From Yuukianura sp. NJ FZ-2021 (taxonomy: Eukaryota), in NCBI GenBank assembly GCA_046563655.1, contig CM102287.1, positions 4,278,001 through 4,342,000 on the forward strand: a stretch of DNA of 64,000 bases. The letters run 5' to 3'. Shown here one piece after another: positions 16,601 through 29,618 of the stretch. Numbering within the stretch: position 1 is the stretch's first letter; each line of letters starts with the position of its first letter. The notes under the pieces were generated by a model. The model was not told the DNA's origin and ran no database searches. It saw only the letters and a list, made by a program, of their open reading frames with translations. Position numbers and translations under genes: made by a program.

Positions 16601-18746
16601 CACCAGAAAAATCTGACATTTGAGGTTTTAAAATTTTGAAATTTTGGCCTTGTTCCGTATCTCTGTTTGCCAAGTTAATTTAGGTAAACTATGTATTAGA
16701 AGTGCACTTTTTAGTATGAAATTTTCTGAAAAAGTTAATTGCTACGAAACAGCAACATAGGAATATTTGTTACCTCAATATTTTTTGTTCGTTAAGAAAT
16801 TTAAAGCTCTTTTTAAAAATGAAAGTTGGAGTAGACACTTTTTGAGTAGCAATTAAAGTTATACATTTTAAGTGTTATTTTTAGACACGTCGGACACAAC
16901 ATTCGTTAAGCGACTCTTCATCTTCATCTTTCATCTTGATCTTCATTCCGCGTGTAGAGCCTTGGACTTTGTGTGAATCTAATCACGTTTATACAATTCC
17001 ATTTCTCACTACTAACTTCATCTCTGTCATCACCTTGCAAAAACGAAATAAGACAAACACAATTCTTCATTTTCATCTCAAATTCAACTCATGCGTCTTT
17101 CGGCTTCAACGCACAACTATTTTTTACTCTTCGAGAAAGTTTAAGTTAAAAAACAAAGGAAAGATTTCAAATAAGAAATGACACATTGGTCGTCTTTCTT
17201 ATGTTTTTAGTCGAGGTCATTGGCACTACCAAGGACGACTCATTGCTTGTGCTATTTTTTGTTCAGAAGAATTTTGAAACTTTTTTTTGAAAAGTAGCCA
17301 AGAGTGAAATTGCCAAAATCCATCACTGCATGACATTCCAAAGTCTTTTGAAATTGAACAATTGTCGAGATTTTTTTTTAAAAAATAAGTTCGTTGCCTC
17401 TAAAAATTCCAGTGTAATCAAGGAATTTTACACGTGGAACATTCTGGAGGTGTGAAAAAATTAAGTGGTTCTATTGTCACTCTTATCAAAAGAAAAAATG
17501 GCACAAAAAATTCTAAAACACTTTGTATACAATTTAAATTGAAATTCATAAAACGTTTGCTCAGCAGCAATCAATTCCACAGTCAAAATCTCCACAAAAC
17601 TAAAGAAATGCTATGCAGTAGTTTCATTCCGGATAATTTTTGACTGGAATTTTGCATGTCAGAAAAGTTTTTTCAAAGCTCGAAGTGCGTTTTCTTTCGC
17701 TCTGTTAGAATTTGTTTTAGCGAAAAGTTTGAAAATCTGGAAATGAAATTTTGAATTTTGAGTATAGTTTCTATGTATTGAAAGAATTTTGAATTTCGTA
17801 ATTTTTGAAAAGTTGAGTAATTGTGGGAAAAGTTGATGATGTAACTTTTTTTCACAGTTAGGTTTTACGTTAGTTTTGAATTTACAAGTGGGAAAGCCCA
17901 GCCGGAAGTTGATTTTCTGCATCTTTTGCCAATTTCTCTTTCTGCAGATATTTGCAATTTCAATTTGCAGATTTTGCAATTTGTTTGACAAGGAAGAGGC
18001 TGACACATTTTTTGCACATGCTACACAAGTACTAACAGAACTTCGTCAGGAATTCCCTTTTGTTTATGTGTAAGTAAACACACTTTCCTTTTTTCAATTC
18101 GCAAAACCCAAATTTGCAAAATTTATGCGTCAGTTTGGCCGTAAAAGCTCGAATTTTTGCAATGTTTGCAAAAACTTTTTTTCTCGAAAAAGTATAAGAA
18201 CGTTCCTTGTTCTTTTTGTTACCTAAAACAGTTTACCTTTTGTGGAGATGAAAATTTGTAACTGTTAGAATGTTAAGAGTTAAGATCAGGTCAGAGGCAA
18301 CGAAGCGCAGCCCCACCCGGTGGGATGGAAATTGCCCCACCAAAGTGCCATAAACAAACGGCACTCTGCGGGGCTTCTTCAGACAGTCAGTCTCAAACTG
18401 TTGAAAGAAAAAACAGTTGTAGGTTAAGAAAACGCGGTTTTCTCTCTTCTTTGAAAAAATTAACCCGGCGACCTTTTTAATTTCACCACCCGTGACCTCG
18501 TGACCTTTCGCCTTCCCAGGAATTTCGAAAGGTCATGACGAAGTTGGCGAAATTTGAAATAGTTGAGTGAAAATTTAAAAAACGTGAAAATCTGAAGTTG
18601 GATGTGAAATTCACAGTTTCGTGTTTCGTTTTTGACCTCAAGAATGTGTGTCTGACGACCTCTAGAGTTTAGTGACCTTTGACCTTTGTGTTAATGTGAC
18701 CTTTGCCTTGTTTGTTGATGTAGGAGCTGCCCTTGGTAAGGGAGTC

Positions 18747-21700
18747 ATGAGACTCTGGCCCATGGTGGCGCTGGTAGTGCTTGTCGGCTCAGCACTTGCA
18801 CTCATAAGCTACACAACTTATACAACAGAAGACGACGAGGTCAAGTCGGGGTCACGGGGTCAAGGGCCCAGGAACGACTCGGCTCAAGGGCCCTCCATCC
18901 TCCACAGGTTCAAAAGAAGCTTCTTCTACTGGCGAAAACCAGACGAAGGTCAGTCCCTAACTTTAACTTTAACTTTAGTCTCTTTTAGTACCTAGCAAAC
19001 TTTAATCTCAATTAATCTTAGCTATTGTCTAATTAACAATTAATCTTAAGTCACTAATCAAGAGCAAAAGTGGTGTCATTTGACATGTGACAAGTGACGC
19101 TACTCACATCAATGTCAATCTGTTGGTGCGAGCAGGTCACTTGACCTCAATTTTCATTTATGGGGTAAGTTTAAACCCCTGAAAATTCGGAAACTCCGGA
19201 AATCTAAAAAAAAACTTTCGAAATTCGATTGTTTCAATTTTTCAAAAAGCAACGAAAACAATCTTCGGAAATGATTTTCAAAAAAAGAGGAACAGGGGAG
19301 TAAGATTGTTTTTAGTTTTTGATTGTGAGGTGTACGTTTTTTTTTCTTGGAAGTTTGAAGTACTAAAATGAATTCAAATTTTGAACAATTGAATTTTTTT
19401 GAAATTTAAAAAAGTGAACAATGATTTGGTGCTGCTCGGGTGAGGTAGTTGCTTCCTTTCTTTTCTTCTTGTTCAGCTTCGTTCCGCTCAACCTGGATTC
19501 AAGCTTAGGCAGAATGCAGTAGAGAAATCATTTGTCTCAACACGAGTAGCATGTGCAAATCTCTCCTTTCCCCAATTAGTACTTTGTAGCACCCTAAACT
19601 AGCAAATTCATTGCAAAAACAAAAAAGTCAACAGCAAAAAGCTCAACTCGAAAAATTAACCAGAATTGCAACAAGCGGGCGGACAGAACTAACGCAAGCT
19701 ATTAGTAAAATTAACTAAGAAAATAAAAAAAAATTATTAAAACGGCGGCAAAATTTTCCTAAAATTTTTTAAGTAAATTTTGAACATCACTTTTAGTTTC
19801 CTTAACTTCGTTCCTTTATTTGGTTGGTTTAACCTCAATTCTTTTAGTTTGGATTTATATTGATATTACATTAATATAATATTATATAATATTATATTAA
19901 TATATTTTTATTTTATTTTTGTAGAAGTTCGACTGGAGAATGGGAAGCGTCGTTTTATATTTGGAGATTCTTCGGTGTGTACAGCGGGAGGATGTGAATT
20001 CTTCTTGTTCTGTTGGTTCGGTGGTGGGTTGATAGAGCGTGGGTGTGGTGGGTTTCTGATGGCTTGTTGTCAGAGGCCACCGAGTGCCACCTCCAAAGGG
20101 ATTGGAGTATCCACCACCGACCCACCAGCAGTTCAAAAGTACTATGGACCAGTCACAAATGATCCACGTAAGAACTTTAGGACTTTCACAAACTTTGAAA
20201 TTTGAAAATTCAGCTTCAGGAAGAACAGACTAACGATAATTTACTGAGATTTTGAAATTTTGAGTGCCTAATTTTGTTTTTTGACCTCCGTAGGTTGTGG
20301 AATGGCGGCAGATAATTTGGGTGCTCAAGAACGGATTGTTGGCGGACGTGAAGCCGGATTCGGATCTTTTCCCTGGCAGGTTAGTTTTTGAAACTAAATT
20401 TTCAAAAAAAAGAACTCAAAAATTGTTTAGCTTGCAACATGCAACTTTTAACGAAAAATTGAAACGAGGAACACGGGCATCGTTTAACTTTTGATACTTT
20501 TGCGAATAGACGTTGCAAGCTTCGGAGAAATTTTGGACGGTGTGCAAATTTAACAATTATTTTTCGTTTTTCATAGGCCTATATTCGAGTTGGTTCCAGT
20601 CGCTGCGGCGGTTCTCTCATCAACTCACGCTGGGTCGTAAGTTTTTCAAAATTTCAAAAAAATTATGAAAAACATTTTTCAAAATAGCAGAATTCGGTTT
20701 AAATTTTTTGAATTTAAACCTTCAAGATGGCTCGCCTGGGTAATCGTCAGAATTCAATTGTAAATCTCTGTTCTATTTTTTCAGGTGACTGCCGGCCACT
20801 GTGTCGCAAAGTAAGTTTTTTGCAGTGGGTCTCATGACCTTTACTTGACCTCAACTTTTATTTACTATAATTTTATATAAACTTATTATAATATATTTTT
20901 ATATCTACAGAGCGTCACCCTACCAAGTGGCCGTGACCCTTGGCGACTACGTGCTCAACTCTAACGTAGAACCATACCCTCCCATTACCGTAGGTGTCAC
21001 ACAGATCAAAGTTCATCCCCACTTTAAGTTCACACCTCAGGTCAGAAATTATTTCAAAATTTCAAAAAGTATCAAATCAAAATTTTGAAATACTGAAAGT
21101 TTAAAATTTCCCGCTTTTTTTGACAGGCCGACCGTTACGACGTGGCAGTTCTAAGACTGGATAGAGACGTAGAATTCTTACCACACATTCGTCCCATTTG
21201 CCTCCCCGAGAAGAACACAGACTTCCAGGGTCAGTATGGCTGGGTCACAGGCTGGGGTGCTCTGGAAGCAGGCAAGTTGACCTTTGACCTCAAAAAAGTT
21301 TACTCCTAAACATAAAATGCGTTGACCTCTGACCGTGATTCTATTTTTTGCTTCTGCGCAGGCTCCAGACTCCGTCCGAAAACGCTTCAGGCGGTAGACG
21401 TTCCTGTTTTGGAAAGTCGCGAGTGCGAAAGTTGGCACAAAGGAAAAGGCATCAACGTCATCATCTACAATGAGATGATGTGCGCTGGGTACAAGTTTGG
21501 ATCCAAAGACTCATGTCAAGTAAGACCAAATCGCTGATTCGCTGAATCTAAGCTTCCTGATTGGTTGAAATCCAAAAGTGATTTCTGATTGGCTGGATTT
21601 TGTTTTGCAGGGAGATTCCGGTGGACCGCTGATGCTGCAGCACACTGGACGGTGGTACCTCATTGGGATCGTGTCAGCCGGTTACTCATGCGCACAACGT

Positions 21701-21769
21701 CAACAGCCAGGAATCTACCACAGGGTGGCGTTCACATCAGACTGGATTTCGTATGCTGCCAGCTCATAA
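18747..21769 (+). CDS. Clip-domain serine protease, CG8170-like
   Basis: Exons 18747-18948, 19925-20167, 20294-20379, 20577-20636, 20785-20810, 20911-21040, 21127-21271, 21362-~21519 and 21611-21769. Signal peptide, knot [66 protein letters not shown] and GDSGGP. Confidence 0.9.
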
Positions 21770-23149
21770 CCTCGTGCCTAACCTCACAAATTTAGTATTA
21801 TCACATTCCCCGCCCACTTCTTCCCTTTGGGGCTTCAGGTCACAGGTAGGTCAAAGGTCAACACCAAAATTTTGAAATCCTCGAGCCAAAAGCGATTTTT
21901 AATTTTTGAATTTTGTGTTTTTGTAGCGCCACTTCCTATTGGTCGAGAGCGTACTTTAGGGGTGGAGCTCCGGAAGAACCCGAATCTGGCTTACTACGCT
22001 TCCAGCGCTGAAAACGCTTGCAGCGTCTGTGCCATAGTCATTGAACTACACTTTTCTACCTTAAGTTATGGTGGTGCAAGTTAGTGCTAAAAACTCAAGT
22101 GGTCTTCCAGGGATTACTCTTTCATATACTGTGGAATTTTGGAAAGGAACATAGACTTTTAGAAAATAGAACAAGTTTTTTGAATTTTGAAAATATTTTT
22201 AGAACAAGTTTAAAAAAAAAAACGTTAAACACGAACGCTAGGAATATGGAGATGGACCTTGTGAGCATTTGCAAATCGTGCAAGGCAAATTCGAAATATT
22301 TTCAAAGCGGAACTATAGTGAACAAAAAGCTAAATTTAGTTTAGATTTAGTTTAGTTAATTTTTTGAGATTTAGTTTTAAATGTTAAGGTTGATTTACTG
22401 AATTTCGCCTTAAGTTTTTGAACTGTTTTTTGAATTTTTGTTTTCGTTTCTGCCTTGTTTGAAAAAGTGAAAAATGTGTTTAACGAAGGGTACCACATAT
22501 CGGGCATGTTTTAAATTGAATCCCAATCAGAATCACAAACAGAAACACGTTTTTTTAAAATTTACTTTCAGTCGTTTCAGTATTCCTGTTTTGAGAAATG
22601 AAAAATGTGATGAAATTTTTGAAAAAAAATAAAGCAGCAAAAGTTGCGAAATATTTTACTGCTAAGGATAAACTGTTTTGAAGGTTGTAATACTTTTCAT
22701 AAAAGTTGTTGCGTACTGCTACTTGGCAAGTTTGCAAAACTACTTTAAATTCACAGTTTGAGATTTTAATTTGACTAGGCCCTAAAATTTAAAATTTTGA
22801 AATTTTAAAATAAAAAATTCTTCAATACATCAACAACTTATTGAAGCTTGCAGCAAATTTACCTAAAAAGTTCTTTATTAGCGTGGTATTTGTTAATAAC
22901 TTTTCTTCCTTTTTTCACAGTGTTTTACAATTACAAAAATTTTGACCATGAATTTTTTTATGACTTTCAACAGCTGCTGGTTCAAATTCTGACATTTTGT
23001 GTCATGTATAAAATCCCCGATTTTGTTCAAACTTAATATCAACGAATATCAACAAAGTTTCACTTCACTTTAAAGAAAAAACTGTTTTCAAAAAGATTTT
23101 CAAAAAAAGTATTCAAAAAATCATTTTTTTAAATTTCCGCTTGTTCGAA

Positions 23150-23932
23150 ATGTTGAACCTTGTTCTTCTGGGAATGTTGAGCTTGTTGTTGACCTCAGCA
23201 GAGGTCAACTCCTACATTCTCGAAGACACTGAAGATGGGCAAGAGTCCCTTCGCGTACGTGAAAACTACATCGAAAGCAAAAATGGCGACAGCAAATATG
23301 GCGACCACCACGACCACAACACATCTATTTGTAACTATACATCACCTATACCACACCTCCGAGTGGCTCGTGAAGTCGATTCCGAGGGGAGGCAAATCGC
23401 TGATCAGCTGGAAAAATTGGCGACATTGCGTCACGGTGACAAATGTTCCGCCCGAGCCGAAACTTTAAGAACCGAGGTCACCCGAGCCCTGATCGGATTG
23501 AACATAGAACTTCCGCCAGATCAAATTCACAAAGACTTACTAGCCAAGGAGAAAGCATTAGTTGATAACAACGAAACCATCTGTCGAGCTGATTTGCTGT
23601 TGACCTGTGACCCCGTGACCTTGACCTGTGCCTGTGGAGAGTCCGAGTACTTAGTTCTGGGGCTGCCTTTCCCAAAGTATGTTAAGAATAACGGTGGATG
23701 CTTGTTGACAGAGGGCGCTCCTTGTTTCAATGAAGATCCGAATCAACCTAGCACATGCGCAGTGGGGACGGAATGTCTGGGGGTTCGTGACCGTGAAAAC
23801 TGCGACGATGCTTTGGAAGACTACTCGAAGAAACTGGAAAATAACAAGGACAAGGTCAAAAAAGTAGTTGAAGGTCACCTTAGAGGAGAAATTTGCAAAT
23901 GTCAAGGTCAACCAAAAGTCATCAAGACTTGA
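23150..23932 (+). CDS. Intronless secreted cysteine-rich protein of unknown family (260 aa)
   Basis: Single ORF from ATG 23150 with signal peptide MLNLVLLGMLSLLLTSAEVNS and a C-terminal Cys cluster (CRADLLLTC..CAC..GGCLLTEGAPC..CAVGTEC..C..CKC). Confidence 0.75.
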   Translation: MLNLVLLGMLSLLLTSAEVNSYILEDTEDGQESLRVRENYIESKNGDSKYGDHHDHNTSICNYTSPIPHLRVAREVDSEGRQIADQLEKLATLRHGDKCSARAETLRTEVTRALIGLNIELPPDQIHKDLLAKEKALVDNNETICRADLLLTCDPVTLTCACGESEYLVLGLPFPKYVKNNGGCLLTEGAPCFNEDPNQPSTCAVGTECLGVRDRENCDDALEDYSKKLENNKDKVKKVVEGHLRGEICKCQGQPKVIKT

Positions 23933-26360
23933 ACGAAGCTAATTGCAGCAAACGGCTCATCAAGCTTTCATTCCTAAGCGGCTTCAACAATTCCTTGTCT
24001 AGATTTAAAAAAAGAGTGAAATTTCAAAATTTGTTATTTCAGAATTTGGTTTGTTTTCAAAATTACGTAAATTAATGGATAAACTTTCAAAAAAGTTATA
24101 CCTATCGAAATTCTGTAAGTCCGTAGGTGAAATTCCAAATATTTGAAACGTGATTCTGTAATATGTTATAAGTAGTAATTGGAAAGAGTAAAATTGCGCA
24201 GTTAATTGGAAACATCACACTTCGAAAATTTTGGCACACGCATGAACACAAACGTTTGCTAAAAATTTGCGAACCGTGAAATTATGAAAGTTTAATTACT
24301 CAAAGTGTAGGTTTTTATTTTTTTTTTCACTTTGAATGTAATCGACGCCATCCTAATTTGGACAAATCCTTCACTACCAAAAATTTCAAAATTTCTAGTT
24401 CCGTCGCGGCAGAATAGCCAACACTGCAATTTTTTGAAAATTTTACAATATTCTATAACATAACATTCCAAATTTCATGAAATTTTCGAAATTTTGGGTT
24501 AGTATTTTTTCAGTGTGCCCGTGACTCGTGTAAAATTATTTCAAAATTTTACAACGCTGAAATTAGCATCACTAAAAAGATTTTATTATTCCGTGCCGTC
24601 GAACTTTAACTTTTTGTCTTTTTTTTCTTTTACAATTTAACTTTCTGTTTTATTTCTTTTCAGTTTCAAGTCAGATTCAAAAGAAATTTTGCAATTTCGC
24701 GCAACAGTTTTTGGCAAATTTTTGCAAATTAGCGAATTGTTAATTCTCGTATAACTCTAAAACTTGTTTAGATGAAATTCAATTGAGTGAACACACGCTT
24801 TCTGTTTCTTGTTTAACTTCTCTCCCCCTCTTCCCCCCTCTTCAGAAAAAGAGTGAAAGTGAAATTGCGAAATGTCACTGATTTCTTTCTTACACAGACA
24901 TGCATGTGTTGTTAGCACGTTGCCCCCTCAGGCCCCCCGTCCCTTCAGGGAGAACTGTAAACTTCTTGCAAAAAATGTGAAACCGCAGTTCCTTAGCCAC
25001 TTCCAATTTGGCTTCCTTGGAAATTGAACGTTTTCTCTTTCCAATTGAGTTGCGCAGTTGGTGTCAAAAAAGGCTTCTGCGCATCATTGGATGCCCTTTT
25101 GCTTTCCAAAGCACCTCAAAAGTTGATTGAATCGAAGGTCAAGTTCAGTCAGAAAGTGTCAAGGGAAGGAGAATGGAGCACCCTGCACTTCTGTCTCAGT
25201 GTCACTTCAAAGGTCAACTCAAAAACAACTAGAGGTCAAGAGGTCAACAGTCAAAACACAGTGGAATTGGGTGCTGGATTGCCTTAGGAAGTGAAAATTC
25301 CATTTCGAAATCAAAATTTCCAAAGTTTGTAGTAAAAGTTTTTGGAAAGAATTGAAGGTTTTACTTTGGAATTTTTTGGAAAAGGAAACTTTAGGTGAGC
25401 TCAAAATTCAAACTCAAATTTTGCACATAAATTTTTTTTTTTTTGCAAATCAAAGCCCGTTAAAATTTCAAGTTTTTAGAAATCTAAATCAACTAATTTA
25501 TGAAGTTGAGCCACCGTAACCGATACTGTCTGAGCCGTCCATTGGGTGTAATTTATTCTAACGTTAGTTTTCAGGAAAAGTTTCGAAATTTTGAATTTTT
25601 TTTTTGTTGTAAAGTCAAAAGTTCTTTTCCTGTTAAACTGTTAAAAATGAAATCGAAAACAACAATTCCAAAATAATTTGCAACAATAGAGCTTCATTTT
25701 CCTTATTTTTTCCTTTTTGCAATTCAATTTCAATGTGAAGGCCATTAATGTTTTTTTTTTTTTTGCACAAGCAAAAACCGGCTCTCAAAATTTTTACTTT
25801 CTCAATGACCCATTTTCGCACGGAACAATTCGCAATGGTGGATTAGTGCTGTCATCCACCACCTAAAAGAAGAAGAAGAGTGAAACTCTGCAATAAATGC
25901 ATAGTGCAACTTCAATTAAACGCTCAGCACTAGGTTTCCCTTCTACTCAAAACAACCTTGCCCCGCCCCTTTTTTCAAAATTTTTGGCAAAAGTTCAAAA
26001 ATCGAAAGTCACTGAACTCTCAATACAGACAAAAATAAAAGTTGGAAAACGACGACGCAAGAGTCGCCATAAAATTGTCACTCTTTTGAATCAAACGGGT
26101 TTTAAAAAAATGAAAGTCCATGCATAACCATTTGAATAATAATTTGCACAATTCGAAATAAATTTGCAATTTGTTATTTTGATTTGTGCAAAGCTGAATC
26201 TCATCGATCTTCGCAACTCATTACAATATGGAAAATTAAACTATTTTTTAAATTTTCAGATTTCCATATAGCCGTGAAGCCGAAAAAATTAAAACGACAG
26301 CGAGCACCGGAACCAGGGTTCGAACCACGGTGTGGTCAGTTTGACCTTTGACCGCTGACC

Positions 26361-27915
26361 ATGCGCCTGTCGTCACTCCTGACCTTGGCGGGAATTCTGA
26401 CGTTGTCACATTCATGGATCGTTGGTGGACCACTCTGGAACCGAATTCGGAGATCCGAAACGGCAAATTTCATCATCCCCAGAATATTTCCAAGAGTGTT
26501 TCCGACGAGAGCCAACTTGGCCATTCTTTGCTGGTTGACACGAACGGCTTGTGCCAATTCTGCAGCGTAAATGAACAAATTGAAATGCAAAATTTCAAAA
26601 TTTGACCTTGAAATTTTGATGTGTGACCTTTTGACCTTGACCTTCCAGCACACCCACGGCCCAGAGCTACACTCCTTCAGCCGTCAAAATGATCCAAGCT
26701 TTAAGAAAAGATACACACATGGCAGAGTCAAACGACATTTCAGTGTCGGATTATGACATAGGTAATGCTGCCCAAGTATTCCAACACATAACTTATGCTG
26801 CTCAAGTATTCCAAACAAATCTTAATTCTTTAGAATGCGGAGTTCAGAAGATGGTAGCACAGAAACGAATCATCGGTGGAAACACGGCCGGATTCGGAGA
26901 GTTACCGTGGCAAGCTCACATTCGGATTTCTGGATTCCAGTGCGGCGGTGTGCTGCTCAACCACTACTACATCGCAACAGCGGCACAGTATGTCAAAAAA
27001 CGATGATTTTGAAAATTCCCGCTCTTTTTGTCCAATGACCGCCATTTTGAATTTTCAGTTGTGTCCACAAGGCTAGGTTGAATGACATCACTGTATTCCT
27101 GGGTACTAATTGGAATTAAATCATAAACTAATTAAGATTTTTAAGTTCAGAATAATGACCTTTGACATTTTTGTTCAAGGTGAACATGACACGAAAGACA
27201 CTGGAAGGTGGCTGGAACCGTTGCCGTCGGAAGCATTTGCCGTTGTGGAACGAATCATTCATCCCAGATTCAAGTACATGCTGACACAACCTGATCGGTA
27301 TTAGCCTAACCAACCTAAAGTTAACCTAAAGTTATCCTAACTTTAGAATCTGATTAGCCTAATTTGTACTTTGTGTAGATACGATGTCGCTCTGCTCCGT
27401 CTTCATCGACCGGTTCGGTTCAAAGCCAATATTTTACCGATCTGTTTACCGTCGGAAGACAAAAACTATTTAGGACGAATCGGAATCGTGGCTGGTTGGG
27501 GAAAAACGGATCTTTCGTATGGTAAGAAATTTCGAAATTTTGAAATTGAAGAATGTTGTGATTTCGAAATTTCAAAATTATGAAATTTTTGATTTCAGGA
27601 AAAACCGGAACAAACGTTTTGCAGAAAGTGCTTGTTCCGATTATCGACAACCAGGATTGTCGTCGTTGGCACTACAGCAAAAACATCAAAGTGGAACTAC
27701 ATGCCGTTGATCAGTTCTGTGCAGGACACCGAAATGGAAAGATGGACGCCTGTCTGGGTGACAGCGGTGGACCGTTGATTGTTTTTGATGAAGGGCGCTG
27801 GACACTGGCTGGAATCACGTCGGCCGGTTTCGGATGTGCTGTGGACCATCAACCTGGAATTTACCATAAAGTTTCAACAACAACGAGATGGATAAGAGAA
27901 CAAATCTCAGCATAA
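26361..27915 (+). CDS. Serine protease, CG13744-like, with a reduced clip region
   Basis: Signal peptide; KR/IIGG; PWQAHIRISGFQCGG; ATAAHC (His codon split by an intron); LTQPDRYDVALL; MDACLGDSGGP; GITSAGFGCAVDHQPGIYH. Multi-exon with GT-AG introns. Confidence 0.9.
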
Positions 27916-28377
27916 GTGAAACTAACCTGAAGATCTTCACTAGGCGACATTTCTATGTCGCCGGTAGTAGTCCAGAGCAGCATTTGTGACTCCAGGATGC
28001 CATTTCTGCGAACCTAAAAAGTTATCCAGCAAGATTAAGTTTACTTTTCTCCTTGTTACGGTGTTGGATAATTGTGATATGACTGAGAAATATTTATTTT
28101 TGTGTAAATCCAAGATGGCGGCAAATGTTGTAAATTTTGGGACGATACTTACGTGTGACTCCGAATGAAAATGTCTTCATCACTTTTCCGCTCCATTTCC
28201 AATGTGAAAATGTATCTGTTCGTATGCTAAATGTTTACTAGCGCTTTGGAACAAATTTCAATTAAAACGGCGTTTTGTTCAGCAATATGAAGCACAATGT
28301 GAAAAGCAATCAGTTGAATACTTTAGCCTGTATTTTCTAGAATAATCAATTAGTTAATTACTAAGTAATCTTGAGAT

Positions 28378-28982
28378 TTATAAGTATTCACGATCGCGTT
28401 CAGGATTGAGTCCCTTGACGTCCAGCTTCGCTAGTCTCAACCTGCGAGGTGTTGGACACAGCCAACGATGTTTGGTCGTGTAAGTCAAGTGCATCAATTC
28501 TTGTACGACCATATCCTGATGCTTCTTCCGGAACACTTCTCTGACCTGAAATGAAAAGCAACCAATTTAGTTAACGTTTCGTAACGTTAATCGATTGACA
28601 TAAAAGTAAAGTCTTGGGTATTACTCCGACTTACCGGAACGAGTGCTTGGAGCTTCAACGGTGAATGGGTTGGAGTAATGTCCAGCGGAAGTGGTTTCGT
28701 AGCTTCATAAGGAAATGGAACCTCTGGATGCCAACAAGCAAACAATCGTCCATCTTTTGATTCCTCTATTTTGTCTATCGCTTCTGCTTCTTCCTTGGCA
28801 ATGTTCCGAGACGTAGCAAGATATGGAAGTCTGAGATGCCAATTCATTTTCTTGATCTTCCCACGTAGAATTGCTGCATTTCGTGCATGTCCATGACGAA
28901 CTTGACACATCCAAGGTTGGTTTATCCCAGTGGACATACATTGGCGAAGTAACTGAACACCGCCATCCAGGCACTTCTGCAT
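28378..28982 (-). CDS. MRPL42: Mitochondrial ribosomal protein L42 (mL42)
   Basis: Exons 28982-28635 and 28545-28378; motifs ACWHPEVPFPYEATKPLP and ELMHLTYTTKHRW; ends PERDREYL. Confidence 0.85.
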
Positions 28983-29618
28983 TTTCCACTCCTTCGTGTA
29001 TCTAAATCGAAACAAAATGACACAAATGAACAAGACATACGATGGGGAACATGGGGGAACATCGCATTTTAATTGATGTTAATTTTACAAAAGAAAATGA
29101 TTGACCGTGACCCGGTAGAATTTGGGCTTTTGCAGTTAACTTACGTATAATGTAGAAATGGTAGGCTGATTAGGTTTACCTAACCTTCTTCAATGCAAGT
29201 TCAACTCCCCAGCTGCATGAATTTAAGTGTCAATTAACTAATTTACTGCTAATTAAAAAAACAAACAAATCAATCCGAAAATCCGATGTTCGCGAATTAT
29301 CAATGTGTTTTTGTTTACATTTTTTCCACATGGACTTCCATATGTAAAAAGCGCGCCAATTCCCAGATTTAAAAAATTATGCAAATTTTGTGCTGCACTT
29401 CACGAAGCATATGGGAATATGGCTTACTGAAATTGCAAAAGAAATCAGTAACCAGAACCAGAATTGTTCAGTACCGGTTCGCGTAGTTAGGAATTCCAAT
29501 TAATCGGATTAATTGCTTATCCAGTTTTAAGATTACTCAGTACTTGACTATTAGAAAAAGTTAGGAGTAAATCGGAAATTGGTTTCACCTTCACGGAAGT
29601 TCTTGTAACCTGTAATCA

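Noticed and set aside
20429..20521. 10-bp inverted repeat AGCTTGCAAC...GTTGCAAGCT as a MITE
   Set aside because: The arms are too short and there is no convincing target-site duplication.
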